From positions 28,107-92,106 of the forward strand of contig CAYHXX010000002.1 of NCBI GenBank assembly GCA_964360785.1: 64,000 nucleotides of DNA. Direction: 5' to 3'. Within the stretch, counting starts at the first letter, position 1. Every line of letters begins with the position of its first letter. The DNA comes from an uncultured Gammaproteobacteria bacterium. GTDB taxonomy: Bacteria > Patescibacteriota > Microgenomatia > Woykebacterales > RBG-16-39-9b. Under the pieces are notes generated by a model that made no database searches, had not been told where the DNA came from, and was given only the letters and a program-made list of their open reading frames with translations. Below are positions 10,187-18,641 of the stretch, in pieces. The translations under genes were made by a program, and so were the position numbers.

Positions 10187-10299
10187 ACCGATGTAGCTCA
10201 GTGAAGAGAGCGCCATTTAAGTCTTGCTTTGTTCGGTGGACGGGACCGAGCAACAGAGAGCATTGGAGGTCGGAGGTTCGAATCCTCCCATCGGTACCA
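10187..10299 (+). tRNA. aberrant 113-nt tRNA-like gene with an insertion of about 37-40 nt between the D arm and T arm; isotype undetermined
   Basis: Canonical acceptor ACCGATG/CATCGGT, D arm GCTC-AGTGAAGA-GAGC, T arm GGAGG-TTCGAAT-CCTCC and CCA end, but 59 nt where an anticodon arm and variable loop would normally take about 22 nt. Confidence 0.5.
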
Positions 10300-10512
10300 A
10301 AAAGATTCCTCCGAGTTTTCGGAGTTTGACTGTTCCGGAGCAAGGCTGCTCCTGACAGGGCGTGGTGGACAAGCAAAAGTCTTTCGGGAGAACTGACCGC
10401 TGTCTGTCTACCACGCCACCCAACGTTTGGATCACCTGGGTCTCTTTCCCCAGTGGTCTGCTGATTTGAGCTCGGACTGCCCCTCTAAGCTCTGGTCAGC
10501 CCCTCCCCTGTC
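10300..10512 (+). ncRNA. candidate structured RNA or leader (unassigned), co-oriented with the tRNA operon
   Basis: Locally G+C-rich with no ORF. Contains a 13-bp stem GGCGTGGTGGACA...TGTCTACCACGCC and hairpin GGAGCA-AGGC-TGCTCC. Ends at an intrinsic terminator. Confidence 0.3.
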
Positions 10513-10556
10513 GGCCCCTGGGATGACTTTACACTCGTCCCCGGGGCCATTTTTTT
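10513..10556 (+). terminator. intrinsic terminator (GGCCCCTGGG...CCCCGGGGCC stem followed by ATTTTTTT)
   Basis: 10-bp GC-rich stem followed by a T-run. Confidence 0.55.
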
Positions 10557-10610
10557 GACAAAAATATTTTTCACTAATACAATTCGCTCATTCTAAGTAG
10601 GAGGAGTTCT

Positions 10611-10847
10611 ATGGAAGACGTAACGCGTCTTGAAGACATGTCGGTGAGAGGCCGCTTAACCTTATCTTGGCAGGACGATGGAGATATCTGCATAACTGTC
10701 ATCGAAGATAGCGGAAGGAGTGCTGGCATTGAGTTTTGTAACACTGGTGGGGGTGGTGGTCAATCTCCCAATACTTTGAGGGCGTTGAGAGAACTCTACA
10801 AAGCAATGCAAAAAGACAACCAAGATAATCCGATTACGCGGGGTTAA
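10611..10847 (+). CDS. hypothetical small protein (78 aa, Gly-run TGGGGGQS)
   Basis: Strong SD: AGGAGG lies 6 nt upstream of the ATG. No recognisable family. Confidence 0.4.
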   Translation: MEDVTRLEDMSVRGRLTLSWQDDGDICITVIEDSGRSAGIEFCNTGGGGGQSPNTLRALRELYKAMQKDNQDNPITRG

Positions 10848-10984
10848 GACTTGGAAAGCCCCATTTGTTTCCACCGCTGGAACCTTGTCTTCTCTTGTCC
10901 TTGTGGTTGCGGACAAGGTCTGATCAAATGCCGAAATTGTAAAAAGGAAGAGATGTTCCGAGTCGAGATTATAAGGACACTTTA

Positions 10985-11014
10985 AGAGCAGCTAGTAACT
11001 GCTCTTCTTTTTTT
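10985..11014 (+). terminator. intrinsic terminator (AGAGCAG-CTAGTAA-CTGCTCT followed by TCTTTTTTTT)
   Basis: Hairpin plus T-run, convergent with the dnaJ 3' end. Confidence 0.45.
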
Positions 11015-12113
11015 ACTCAAGTTCCTTCAGTGCTTCTTTTTGCTTGTTGGAAAGTTTAGTTGGGGTAATTATTTTTACACGGACAAACTGGTCTCCACGA
11101 GAGTTTCCGTGTTTGATACCTTTTTCCTTGAGACGAATATCTGTTCCGGTCTGCACACCTTCGGGAATTTTCAGTTTGACTGGCCCCTCAAGAGTTGGAA
11201 CTTCGATAGTAGCGCCCAAGGCTGCCTGAGCAAAATTAATTGGTTGTTCAATATAAACATGGTAGCCAGAGCGTTTGAAATCTTTGTGTGGAGCGACCCG
11301 GATACTTAAATAGAGATCTCCATAGCTACCACCTTTTTCTCCAGCTTGCCCTAGCCCTGGAAACCTGACCGTGTCAGAATCGTCAACTCCTGGTGGAATT
11401 TTTATTTCAGTTTCTTTGACTGTTCTTGCCCTGCCAGCGCCTTTGCATTTTTGGCATTTTTTCTCGACTATTTCTCCTTCACCCTCGCAAGTAGGACAGA
11501 CCCTCCGGGTCATGATTGGCCCAAGAATTGAGTTGGTAGTTTGCTGCACCGAACCACGACCATTGCAAGTCGAACAAGTTTTTTTGCTGGAATTTCTCTC
11601 AGCACCAGATCCAGAGCACTCACTACAAATTTCATAGCGGGGAATTTCGACTTTCTTGGTAGCACCAAAAGCTGCTTGCTCAAAGGGAATAGTGATCTCG
11701 TAGTGAAGGTCTTCCCCTGTCCTGGGACCAGTTTTTCTCCTTGTTGATCCAAAGGGAGAAGAGCCACCAAAGAATTCATTGAAGATATCAAATGGGTCAC
11801 GAAAACCAGAGTCAAAATCCACATTTACTCCACCTGCTCCGTAACCATAGCTATAGCCACCAGAGCCCCGGGGAGGAGCACCGCCACCCTGGAAAGCCGA
11901 GTGTCCAAACTGATCGTAGGCTGCTTTTTTCTGTGGGTCAGAAAGTACTTGGTAGGCTTCGTTGATTTCTTTAAAGCGTTCCGCCGCACCACTGGTTTTG
12001 TCCACATCCGGGTGGTGTTTGCGCGCCATTGTACGGTAAGCTTTTTTTATATCAGATTCAGTTGAAGTTTTGGAAATGCCCAACACTTCGTAATAGTCTC
12101 GTTTACTAGACAT
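11013..12113 (-). CDS. dnaJ: molecular chaperone DnaJ
   Basis: J domain with HPD, G/F region, four CxxCxGxG zinc-finger repeats, C-terminal domain. Confidence 0.9.
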   Translation of the reverse strand: MSSKRDYYEVLGISKTSTESDIKKAYRTMARKHHPDVDKTSGAAERFKEINEAYQVLSDPQKKAAYDQFGHSAFQGGGAPPRGSGGYSYGYGAGGVNVDFDSGFRDPFDIFNEFFGGSSPFGSTRRKTGPRTGEDLHYEITIPFEQAAFGATKKVEIPRYEICSECSGSGAERNSSKKTCSTCNGRGSVQQTTNSILGPIMTRRVCPTCEGEGEIVEKKCQKCKGAGRARTVKETEIKIPPGVDDSDTVRFPGLGQAGEKGGSYGDLYLSIRVAPHKDFKRSGYHVYIEQPINFAQAALGATIEVPTLEGPVKLKIPEGVQTGTDIRLKEKGIKHGNSRGDQFVRVKIITPTKLSNKQKEALKELE

Positions 12114-12163
12114 AGTTTGAGAGAGATTTTAGCAGATAACACTCTTTATTGCCAATGTTTGGA

Positions 12164-13060
12164 TTATTTATCCGAAGTACTGTTTGAAACTTCTGAAGGG
12201 TTGTTAGCAGGTTTTTCTTTATTTTTCTTTTTGCGATAGTAGACCAAAACTCCACCCAAAATAATTGCTAGAGCAGCGAGAAGTAGAATAACCACTGGAT
12301 TCTGGAATACTCCTTTTGTTTCTGTTGCAGAAGTTGTTGCCTTTGGTGTTGTTTTAGCACTTGCTGTAGCCGCGGTTGGAGTCTTAGTTTGGGTCACCGT
12401 CTCTGTAGCTGGCGCGTCGCTTTTGTTTTCAGTTGTTGAAGTGTTTGGGTTTACTGGTGCCGGTTCTGAGCTTTCTGTAGGCGCAGGGGCTGCTGCTGGC
12501 GGATCTGCTGCAGGTGGAGCTGGTGCTGCCGCATCATAGCCGTAGGTTAAAAAACCAAAGTTTTGTTTATTAGGATCTGTATTTTTTACTACTCCGTCAA
12601 CTACAGCGTTTCCTCGAGTGTAGTCTGGTGTTTCGTCTATGCGCCAATAAGCCGTCGAGGAAGTAGTCGTCAGGATGATTTGATATATAGCTTCAGCAGT
12701 AACCGAAAGGTCGGTACTGAAATCAAAAAGAACCCAGGAACCATTTTCACTACTTGGAGCAGTCGCATCCATAGAACCAATAGAATTAGCGGCTGCATCC
12801 TTTATAGCCATGTTAACAGTCGCTGAAGAACCATCCCCATTCAAATAGACATAAACCTTGTCCAATTTATTCTTGGTTGGTTTGAAAGTTTGTTTGACCG
12901 TATGACTATTTATACGCCAGTAACCCGCATCAGCGCTTGGAGGAAGGGGAACATATTCATATTGATCAAGAACCGATGCTGCCGCAAAAGTTTGTGCTGG
13001 AAATAGTAGGAGGAAGGCCACGACAACTAAAGCTGCGGAAATTTTGGACAGTATACGCAT
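12164..13060 (-). CDS. secreted/cell-surface protein (signal peptide, beta-rich domain, Pro/Ala/Thr-rich linker, C-terminal TM anchor with KKK tail)
   Basis: N-terminal signal peptide ending AQTFA. APAPPAADPPAAAPAPTE linker. C-terminal hydrophobic helix then RKKKNKEK. Confidence 0.5.
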   Translation of the reverse strand: MRILSKISAALVVVAFLLLFPAQTFAAASVLDQYEYVPLPPSADAGYWRINSHTVKQTFKPTKNKLDKVYVYLNGDGSSATVNMAIKDAAANSIGSMDATAPSSENGSWVLFDFSTDLSVTAEAIYQIILTTTSSTAYWRIDETPDYTRGNAVVDGVVKNTDPNKQNFGFLTYGYDAAAPAPPAADPPAAAPAPTESSEPAPVNPNTSTTENKSDAPATETVTQTKTPTAATASAKTTPKATTSATETKGVFQNPVVILLLAALAIILGGVLVYYRKKKNKEKPANNPSEVSNSTSDK

Positions 13061-13097
13061 CTACTAAACTCTAGTACAGAAAAAATTAAAATGCAAG

Positions 13098-13634
13098 CTA
13101 TTTATTTAGCCAGAGTTTGGCCTTGGTAAAAGCAGCGATTGACTGGGCGTCAATTATTTCACCTTTTCGTATCAGCTCGTTAACCTCTGCAAAACTGACC
13201 TTTTTCATGTTGCTGATTCCCTCTGCTGCTTCTTTGTTTTCACTTGTCTGACGCAATTTTTGCGCTATAAACACGTATTCTGTTTCACAAGCAATTCCGT
13301 TCATTGGTTCTAGCTTTCCAATTTCTGTCCAGCTTTCCGCCTCGAAACCAGTTTCTTCCTTCAGCTCTCTTTTTGCAGCTGCTAGTATATCTTGACCATC
13401 GCTACCTCCACCAGGGAATTCCCAAGAAAAGGTTTTGGTGGGGTAGCGCCACTGGCTGACCAAATAAACATCTTGTTCGTCATCTATGGGAATTATAAAA
13501 ACAGAGTTGGGTGTTTCAACAAAGGAATATTGGCCGTGACTTCCATCTGGTCGGAGCACCTCATCCTCACGGATTTTCATCCAAGGTGTCTCGTAAACAA
13601 TTTTTGAACTTTTAGTTTTCCAAGGATTTTCCAT
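13098..13634 (-). CDS. NUDIX hydrolase
   Basis: Nudix box GGGSDGQDILAAAKRELKEETG. Confidence 0.7.
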   Translation of the reverse strand: MENPWKTKSSKIVYETPWMKIREDEVLRPDGSHGQYSFVETPNSVFIIPIDDEQDVYLVSQWRYPTKTFSWEFPGGGSDGQDILAAAKRELKEETGFEAESWTEIGKLEPMNGIACETEYVFIAQKLRQTSENKEAAEGISNMKKVSFAEVNELIRKGEIIDAQSIAAFTKAKLWLNK

Positions 13635-14215
13635 CAGATCAAATTAATACCTTCTTTACCTAAATCTAACCTTAGCTTTCCCACACTCGTGTAAATAAAG
13701 CTTTTAATCCCTAAACTTTCTGCAGCTAAGGTGTTCTTCTCCCGATCGTCAATAAAAATTATTTCCTCTTTATGCAAATTTAATCTTTTTAATACTTCCT
13801 CAAAGAATTCTTTTTCTGGTTTTATAAAGCCAATTTCTGAAGAAATAACAACTTCATCAAAATACTTATACAAATTATTATCTTCCAACATTTTCCTTAA
13901 AATTCCCGCTCTAGCATTAGACATCAACCCAATTTTGTATCTAGTCTTTAGCTGAGAAACCAGTTCTAAAAGCTCTTTATCAAGACCAAATTCTTTATGG
14001 ATCATGGGTAAAATAGTTTCGGGAGCGAATCCGGTCTTTTCAGCAATTCTTTGTACAAATTCTGCTTCCTCCATCCTACCTCTGTCTAATAGATTAGTTA
14101 GATTCTGAAAAAAATCTCTTTGATTTTCCAAGTCTTTATACGTCTTACCCAACCAACTCCACAAAAGATCTGGACAAATCACTCCAAAGAAATCAAAAAC
14201 AATTGCTTTAGTCAT
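13634..14215 (-). CDS. HAD-superfamily hydrolase
   Basis: N-terminal FDFFGV (DxDGT-like motif I) and C-terminal IDDREKN (motif IV-like). Confidence 0.6.
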   Translation of the reverse strand: MTKAIVFDFFGVICPDLLWSWLGKTYKDLENQRDFFQNLTNLLDRGRMEEAEFVQRIAEKTGFAPETILPMIHKEFGLDKELLELVSQLKTRYKIGLMSNARAGILRKMLEDNNLYKYFDEVVISSEIGFIKPEKEFFEEVLKRLNLHKEEIIFIDDREKNTLAAESLGIKSFIYTSVGKLRLDLGKEGINLI

Positions 14216-14230
14216 CTTGTAAATAGTACC

Positions 14231-14268
14231 AGAAAAAGAATGTGCCCCGACGAGTTGTTCATCGGGGC
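14231..14268 (-). terminator. intrinsic terminator of the GC-rich membrane-protein gene (GCCCCGA...TCGGGGC stem plus T-run on the minus strand)
   Basis: 7-bp GC stem at 14244-14268 followed on the minus strand by TTCTTTTTCT. Confidence 0.5.
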
Positions 14269-14290
14269 GTGGTGGGCTGCGGAACTTGAG

Positions 14291-14638
14291 TCAGGTCTGC
14301 TGCGGACGGAACATGCGGTACGTGCTGACCGGGAAACCGATGATGTGAACAGCCGACGCGATAGCTGCCATCACGGTCCAGGTCAGGAGAAGAACGTATA
14401 CACCGTCGGCATTGGCCTTATCGTTCCAACCCGAGATACCCACGTACAGGATGTACGGAGTGGCCGGAAGTACGACCAGTGCGGTGAGGAAGCCGACCAG
14501 CTTCATCACCCAATAACCCCACCGGTGGTAGGTGTCCTGGACATACTGTCCAAAGACGTATGCGCCAGCCATCGGTGTCGACAGAACGATCGACGCGGAG
14601 ACGATGATCCCCAGGTGGTCATTGATGAAAGCGAACAT
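14291..14638 (-). CDS. small integral membrane protein (115 aa, 3-4 TM) encoded by conspicuously G+C-rich DNA
   Basis: ORF with GC-rich third codon positions, flanked by AT-rich DNA. SD GGGAGGG lies 8 nt upstream. Own terminator. Confidence 0.5.
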   Translation of the reverse strand: MFAFINDHLGIIVSASIVLSTPMAGAYVFGQYVQDTYHRWGYWVMKLVGFLTALVVLPATPYILYVGISGWNDKANADGVYVLLLTWTVMAAIASAVHIIGFPVSTYRMFRPQQT

Positions 14639-14718
14639 GGAACAATCCCTCCCTGAATAGTCCCTTCCGAGACCGATTTCTTGACTTATAGTATTTTACC
14701 ACGAGGAAGGAAATCTTT

Positions 14719-15078
14719 TTAAATGGTCTTAAAAACCTTGTCTGTAGGTTCAGAGGGGATTTTAATAGTTTGGCAAAGCGTTGGTTCTTCCAAAACTTTT
14801 TTAACGGCAGTACTTACTCCCGGTGGAATAACAATGTAGTCGCCTTGGTTTAATTCGTAGTCTTCACCATCAATCTCCCAAATGGCTTTCCCACTGAAAA
14901 TAAACTCTATCTTTGTAGCTTTTTTCTGAAAATGTGGTTTTGAGGTAAAGCTTTTTTCCAGATTCTTAATTTTAATTTCCACTCTATCGTCTTTTAATAA
15001 ACCTTCAGGCATGAAAGACCCATAAAGCCAGCCCTCGCGCTCCTGTTCTTGAAAAAAGTTACCTTTGAAAAATTTCAT
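14719..15078 (-). CDS. cupin-domain protein
   Basis: 119 aa with a small beta-barrel-like sequence (GDYIVIPPG). Confidence 0.45.
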   Translation of the reverse strand: MKFFKGNFFQEQEREGWLYGSFMPEGLLKDDRVEIKIKNLEKSFTSKPHFQKKATKIEFIFSGKAIWEIDGEDYELNQGDYIVIPPGVSTAVKKVLEEPTLCQTIKIPSEPTDKVFKTI

Positions 15079-15081
15079 TTT

Positions 15082-15645
15082 TTATCCTATCGCACCCAAG
15101 ACTTTTTCGAAGATCTTTTTGTGGCCCGCTGCATTTGGATGATCTCCATCATTATAAAAATCATCTCTTGTTAAAACTCCAAAACAGTCGGCAAATTTGA
15201 GGTTTCTTTCTTGGGAAATTTCTTTAATCACTTCATTGTATTTCTTAATTTCTTCGTTTCTATAACCAAACTTGTTACTCTCCTCATCAATATTGTTAAG
15301 TTCAACTACTACAATATCCTTAGTAATTTTTTCTGCTTTATCCAAAAGCTCTTTATAAGAACTTTTAAACTCGTCTATTGGTGTTCCACCTGGGTTGTCT
15401 ATGTTTGTACTGTCATTAATTCCAATGGAAAAAATAATCTTATCTGGTCGGCGAGCGTCAACCTCTAGATCAAATCTTTTCAAAACGTCAGACACTCTGT
15501 CTCCGGAAACTCCGCAGTTATACACATAAGTTTCAGGATCATTATCAAAGAAATGCACTTTGAGCCGCTCGACCCAGCCTCCGGATTCTAGATCAAAAGC
15601 TCCCCAAGTTATACTATCCCCAAAAACACATATTCTATTGCTCAT
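15082..15645 (-). CDS. SGNH/GDSL-family hydrolase
   Basis: ICVFGDSITWG (GDS block I) and DGDHPN (DxxH block V). Confidence 0.7.
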   Translation of the reverse strand: MSNRICVFGDSITWGAFDLESGGWVERLKVHFFDNDPETYVYNCGVSGDRVSDVLKRFDLEVDARRPDKIIFSIGINDSTNIDNPGGTPIDEFKSSYKELLDKAEKITKDIVVVELNNIDEESNKFGYRNEEIKKYNEVIKEISQERNLKFADCFGVLTRDDFYNDGDHPNAAGHKKIFEKVLGAIG

Positions 15646-16097
15646 TCCTTTTTTTCTTCGTCAACTACTTCACCTTCAAGTTTTGTATCTATTCCTATTC
15701 TCAAAAACCCATTCTTCTTGTAATCTGCATCAAAACTAAAAATTTCTTGCTTATTTCTTTCCTTCAGTATTGCGATATTAACCATATCGGTAAATCTGGA
15801 ATTTTTTGAAGCTTGATTCTTGAAAACTTCAAATGCTTGATTTCTCAATTTTGTATCTACCTCAACTATTTCCACCTGGCTATTCAAAATCTCGTTAGCA
15901 AAATTTACTGCAGCAGCATGACCAACGTTTTGGCTGATAACTGTGATTGCTTCACCAAAGGCTGGATCCGATGTAACCGTCCCACAACCAACAGCGCTAG
16001 CTACACTACTAACTGCGACAGCCAGTTTGTGATTTGAGTCTTTGGAGTCTACTAGTGCTACAAAGGCATCAGCGTCGACGAAGAGTTCTTTTTCCAT
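15642..16097 (-). CDS. vapC: PIN-domain toxin (VapC-like). The start is probably at the internal Met (MEKELFVDAD), not the upstream ATG of the ORF-track entry.
   Basis: LFVDADAFVAL N-terminal PIN motif and C-terminal SFDADY. The last 10 residues ([10 protein letters not shown]) are encoded by a duplicated dnaK tail. Confidence 0.6.
   Translation of the reverse strand: MEKELFVDADAFVALVDSKDSNHKLAVAVSSVASAVGCGTVTSDPAFGEAITVISQNVGHAAAVNFANEILNSQVEIVEVDTKLRNQAFEVFKNQASKNSRFTDMVNIAILKERNKQEIFSFDADYKKNGFLRIGIDTKLEGEVVDEEKKE
15650..15678. repeat. direct repeat copy 1 (TTTTCTTCGTCAACTACTTCACCTTCAA); duplicate of the dnaK 3' end
   Basis: 28/28 identical to 16431-16459, plus flanking GTTTTG similarity. 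Confidence 0.75.
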
Positions 16098-16338
16098 AGT
16101 TCGGGGACTTACTACCATATAAGTAGGAGTTAATATTCGTGGAAAGGTTACCGGGACCAGCTGTGGCTTTTGCAGCGATCTTGAGCAAAACATCAGCCGG
16201 AGATTCGCTTGTCTTTTTTCTTAAACCAGATTTTAAAAGCTCCCTGATTATTTCAGCCTGTGGTTTATCTTGTTTCTTGGAAAGAAGGTTAATCTCCCGA
16301 TCCAGAGTCTCGGTAAGATATATTTGTTTTCTTTTCAT
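16069..16338 (-). CDS. ribbon-helix-helix (CopG/VapB-like) antitoxin
   Basis: KQIYLTETLDREINLLSKKQDKPQAEIIRELL has an RHH beta-strand/helix pattern. Sits immediately upstream of, and overlaps, the PIN gene. Confidence 0.55.
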   Translation of the reverse strand: MKRKQIYLTETLDREINLLSKKQDKPQAEIIRELLKSGLRKKTSESPADVLLKIAAKATAGPGNLSTNINSYLYGSKSPNYGKRTLRRR

Positions 16339-16424
16339 TTTCGTCCTCGATAAATATCGCGCTTATGAACTCTAATTATCGTAAATACTTACTAGCGCGT
16401 TATACGCTATACATTATACACTAC

Positions 16425-18371
16425 TTACTTCTTTTCTTCGTCAACTACTTCACCTTCAACTGTTTTGTTGTCTTCTTTTTCCTTCGACGCGCCTTCGGCT
16501 TGCTCAGGACTACCGCCTTCACCGTCTGTTGGTGGGATTTCTTCTTGGACGCCGGCGCCTTCGGGGTTGGTTCCGGGTGCGTTTTCATACATGGCTGATC
16601 CGATTTTTTGCAGCGCAGCCCCGAGTTCGTCAGCGGCTTTCTTAATATCGTCCGCATTGTCCTTTGTTATCGCCTCTTTAGCAGTAGCGACTTTTTCCTC
16701 AACTTCTTTTTTGACGTCCTCGGCTACTTTGTCACCAGCATCTTTGAGAGATTTTTCGGCGGTATAGACCAGAGAATCAGCGATGTTGCGGGCTTCAATC
16801 AATTCTTTTTTCTTGGCATCTTCCTCGGCGTGTTTTTCTGCTTCCGCGGCCATGTTGGCAGCTTCTTCCTTGGAAAGACCTGTTGAGCCGGTAATGGTAA
16901 TTTTTTGTTCTTTGCCAGAGGCCTTATCCTTGGCGTGAACGTTGAGAATGCCATTAGCATCAATATCAAAGGTTACTTCGATCTGGGGGACGCCACGCGG
17001 TGCTGGTGGTACTCCATCGAGTATGAACCGACCAAGCGATTTGTTGTCAGTTGCCATTGGTCGCTCTCCTTGTAGAACATGGACCTCGACACTAGTCTGA
17101 TTATCCGCAGCCGTTGAGAAAGTTTCTGTCTTGGCAGTTGGAATAGTTGTATTGCGCGCGATCAATACAGTTGAGACTCCGCCAAGGGTTTCAACTCCAA
17201 GGGAGAGTGGGGTAACGTCCAAAAGAACGACATCTTTAACCTCCCCGGTAAGGACTGCCCCTTGAATCCCAGCGCCAATGGCAACAACCTCGTCTGGATT
17301 GATCCCTTTGTGGGGATCTTTGCCGAAAAACTTTTTGACTGCTTCTTGCACTGCTGGCATTCGGGTCATACCGCCAACCAAAACCACCTCATCTACCTTG
17401 GCCGCGTCAATTCCAGCGTCTTTAATAGCGGCTTTACAGGCATCAAAAGTTTTATCAATCAAACTTTGGACCAAACTTTCGAGTTTGGCTCGAGAAAGTT
17501 TTACCAGCAAATGTTTTGGTCCGGAAGCGTCAGCGGTGATGAAGGGAATGTTAACCTCAGTTTCCAGAGAACTGGAAAGCTCGATCTTAGCTTTTTCCGC
17601 ACTATCGCGCAGTCGCTGCATTGCTTGCTTATCGGCTGAGAGATCAACACTATTTTCTTTTTTAAATTCTTCTACCAGAAAATCAATAATTTTTTGGTCA
17701 AAATCATCTCCTCCCAGGTGGGTGTCGCCGGAAGTAGATTTGACTTCAAAAACACCTTCGCCCAGTTCCAAAATGGAAACGTCAAAAGTTCCACCACCAA
17801 GGTCATAGACCGCAATCGTGTGGCCTTGTGATTTTTCCAGACCATAAGCCAGAGCTGCTGCAGTTGGTTCATTAATAATTCTTTTGACATCAAGACCAGC
17901 GATCTCACCGGCCTGTTTTGTTGCTTGGCGCTGGGCATCGTCAAAGTAAGCCGGGACGGTAATCACGGCATCGGTAACTTTCTCACCCAAATAACTTTCG
18001 GCATCAGCTTTGATTTTTTGGAGAATTTGCGCGGAAATTTCTTGGGGTGTGAATTCCTTACCCTCAACTTCAACCACTGCCATATCATTTTTGCCACTCT
18101 TTACAGTGTAGGGAAGCCACTTCACATCGCGTTGCACAGTCTCGTCTTTAAACTTATGTCCCATCAATCTTTTTACTGAAAAAATTGTCGTTTTTGGGTT
18201 AACCACTGCTTGGCGCTTGGCCACCCGCCCAACCACTCTTTTGATCGGATCGACAACTGAAGGGATAATATTTTCACCCTCAGCCGAGTGGATTACTTTT
18301 GGCTGGCCCCCCTCAATGATAGCTACGGCGCTGTTTGTTGTTCCTAGATCGATACCAATAATTTTTGACAT
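16425..18371 (-). CDS. dnaK: molecular chaperone DnaK (Hsp70)
   Basis: [18 protein letters not shown], 648 aa. Confidence 0.95.
   Translation of the reverse strand: MSKIIGIDLGTTNSAVAIIEGGQPKVIHSAEGENIIPSVVDPIKRVVGRVAKRQAVVNPKTTIFSVKRLMGHKFKDETVQRDVKWLPYTVKSGKNDMAVVEVEGKEFTPQEISAQILQKIKADAESYLGEKVTDAVITVPAYFDDAQRQATKQAGEIAGLDVKRIINEPTAAALAYGLEKSQGHTIAVYDLGGGTFDVSILELGEGVFEVKSTSGDTHLGGDDFDQKIIDFLVEEFKKENSVDLSADKQAMQRLRDSAEKAKIELSSSLETEVNIPFITADASGPKHLLVKLSRAKLESLVQSLIDKTFDACKAAIKDAGIDAAKVDEVVLVGGMTRMPAVQEAVKKFFGKDPHKGINPDEVVAIGAGIQGAVLTGEVKDVVLLDVTPLSLGVETLGGVSTVLIARNTTIPTAKTETFSTAADNQTSVEVHVLQGERPMATDNKSLGRFILDGVPPAPRGVPQIEVTFDIDANGILNVHAKDKASGKEQKITITGSTGLSKEEAANMAAEAEKHAEEDAKKKELIEARNIADSLVYTAEKSLKDAGDKVAEDVKKEVEEKVATAKEAITKDNADDIKKAADELGAALQKIGSAMYENAPGTNPEGAGVQEEIPPTDGEGGSPEQAEGASKEKEDNKTVEGEVVDEEKK
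16431..16459. repeat. direct repeat copy 2 (native dnaK 3' end)
   Basis: See copy 1. Together the repeats bracket the RHH-PIN cassette, about 780 bp. Confidence 0.75.
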
Positions 18372-18389
18372 ATTTTATTTTCTCCTTTT

Positions 18390-18641
18390 TTAATCAACTT
18401 CAAGAACGTAATTTTTAACAATCACCCACACTAGACTAAAGAGTACCCACCAAATCAAGACATCAAAGGCTACTGAAAAATAATTTATATGATAACCAAC
18501 TGTTCCATCGACATTAAAATTATCCCGAGCAAAGGTAAACGGAAAACCATGTTTGGACTCGTCTCTAATATAGAAAAAACTAATTGCCGTGATAATCACA
18601 GCCAGTAGAAGAGTCCACAAAAGTGAAAGTGCCTTAATCAT
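18390..18641 (-). CDS. small membrane protein (83 aa, 2 TM) between grpE and dnaK
   Basis: Hydrophobic helices. Overlaps the grpE stop by 4 nt. Confidence 0.4.
   Translation of the reverse strand: MIKALSLLWTLLLAVIITAISFFYIRDESKHGFPFTFARDNFNVDGTVGYHINYFSVAFDVLIWWVLFSLVWVIVKNYVLEVD

Noticed and set aside
9937-10435. ORFs of 62-88 aa overlapping the tRNA cluster on both strands
   Set aside because: They run through tRNA genes, which are the supported features there.
10300-10512. Assignment of the post-tRNA GC-rich RNA as SRP (4.5S) RNA
   Set aside because: Only partial resemblance (GTCAGG and AGCAGCC on the opposite strand, in the wrong order) to the domain IV consensus GUCAGGUCCGGAAGGAAGCAGC. 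Insufficient to call.
16445-18179. ORFs antisense or offset to dnaK (16445..16657, 16465..16767, 16608..16886, 17262..17639, 17278..17808, 17672..17944, 17925..18179) and similar sets inside groEL, pnp, infB, nusA and the AddA-like gene
   Set aside because: Shadow ORFs inside long, well-supported genes.
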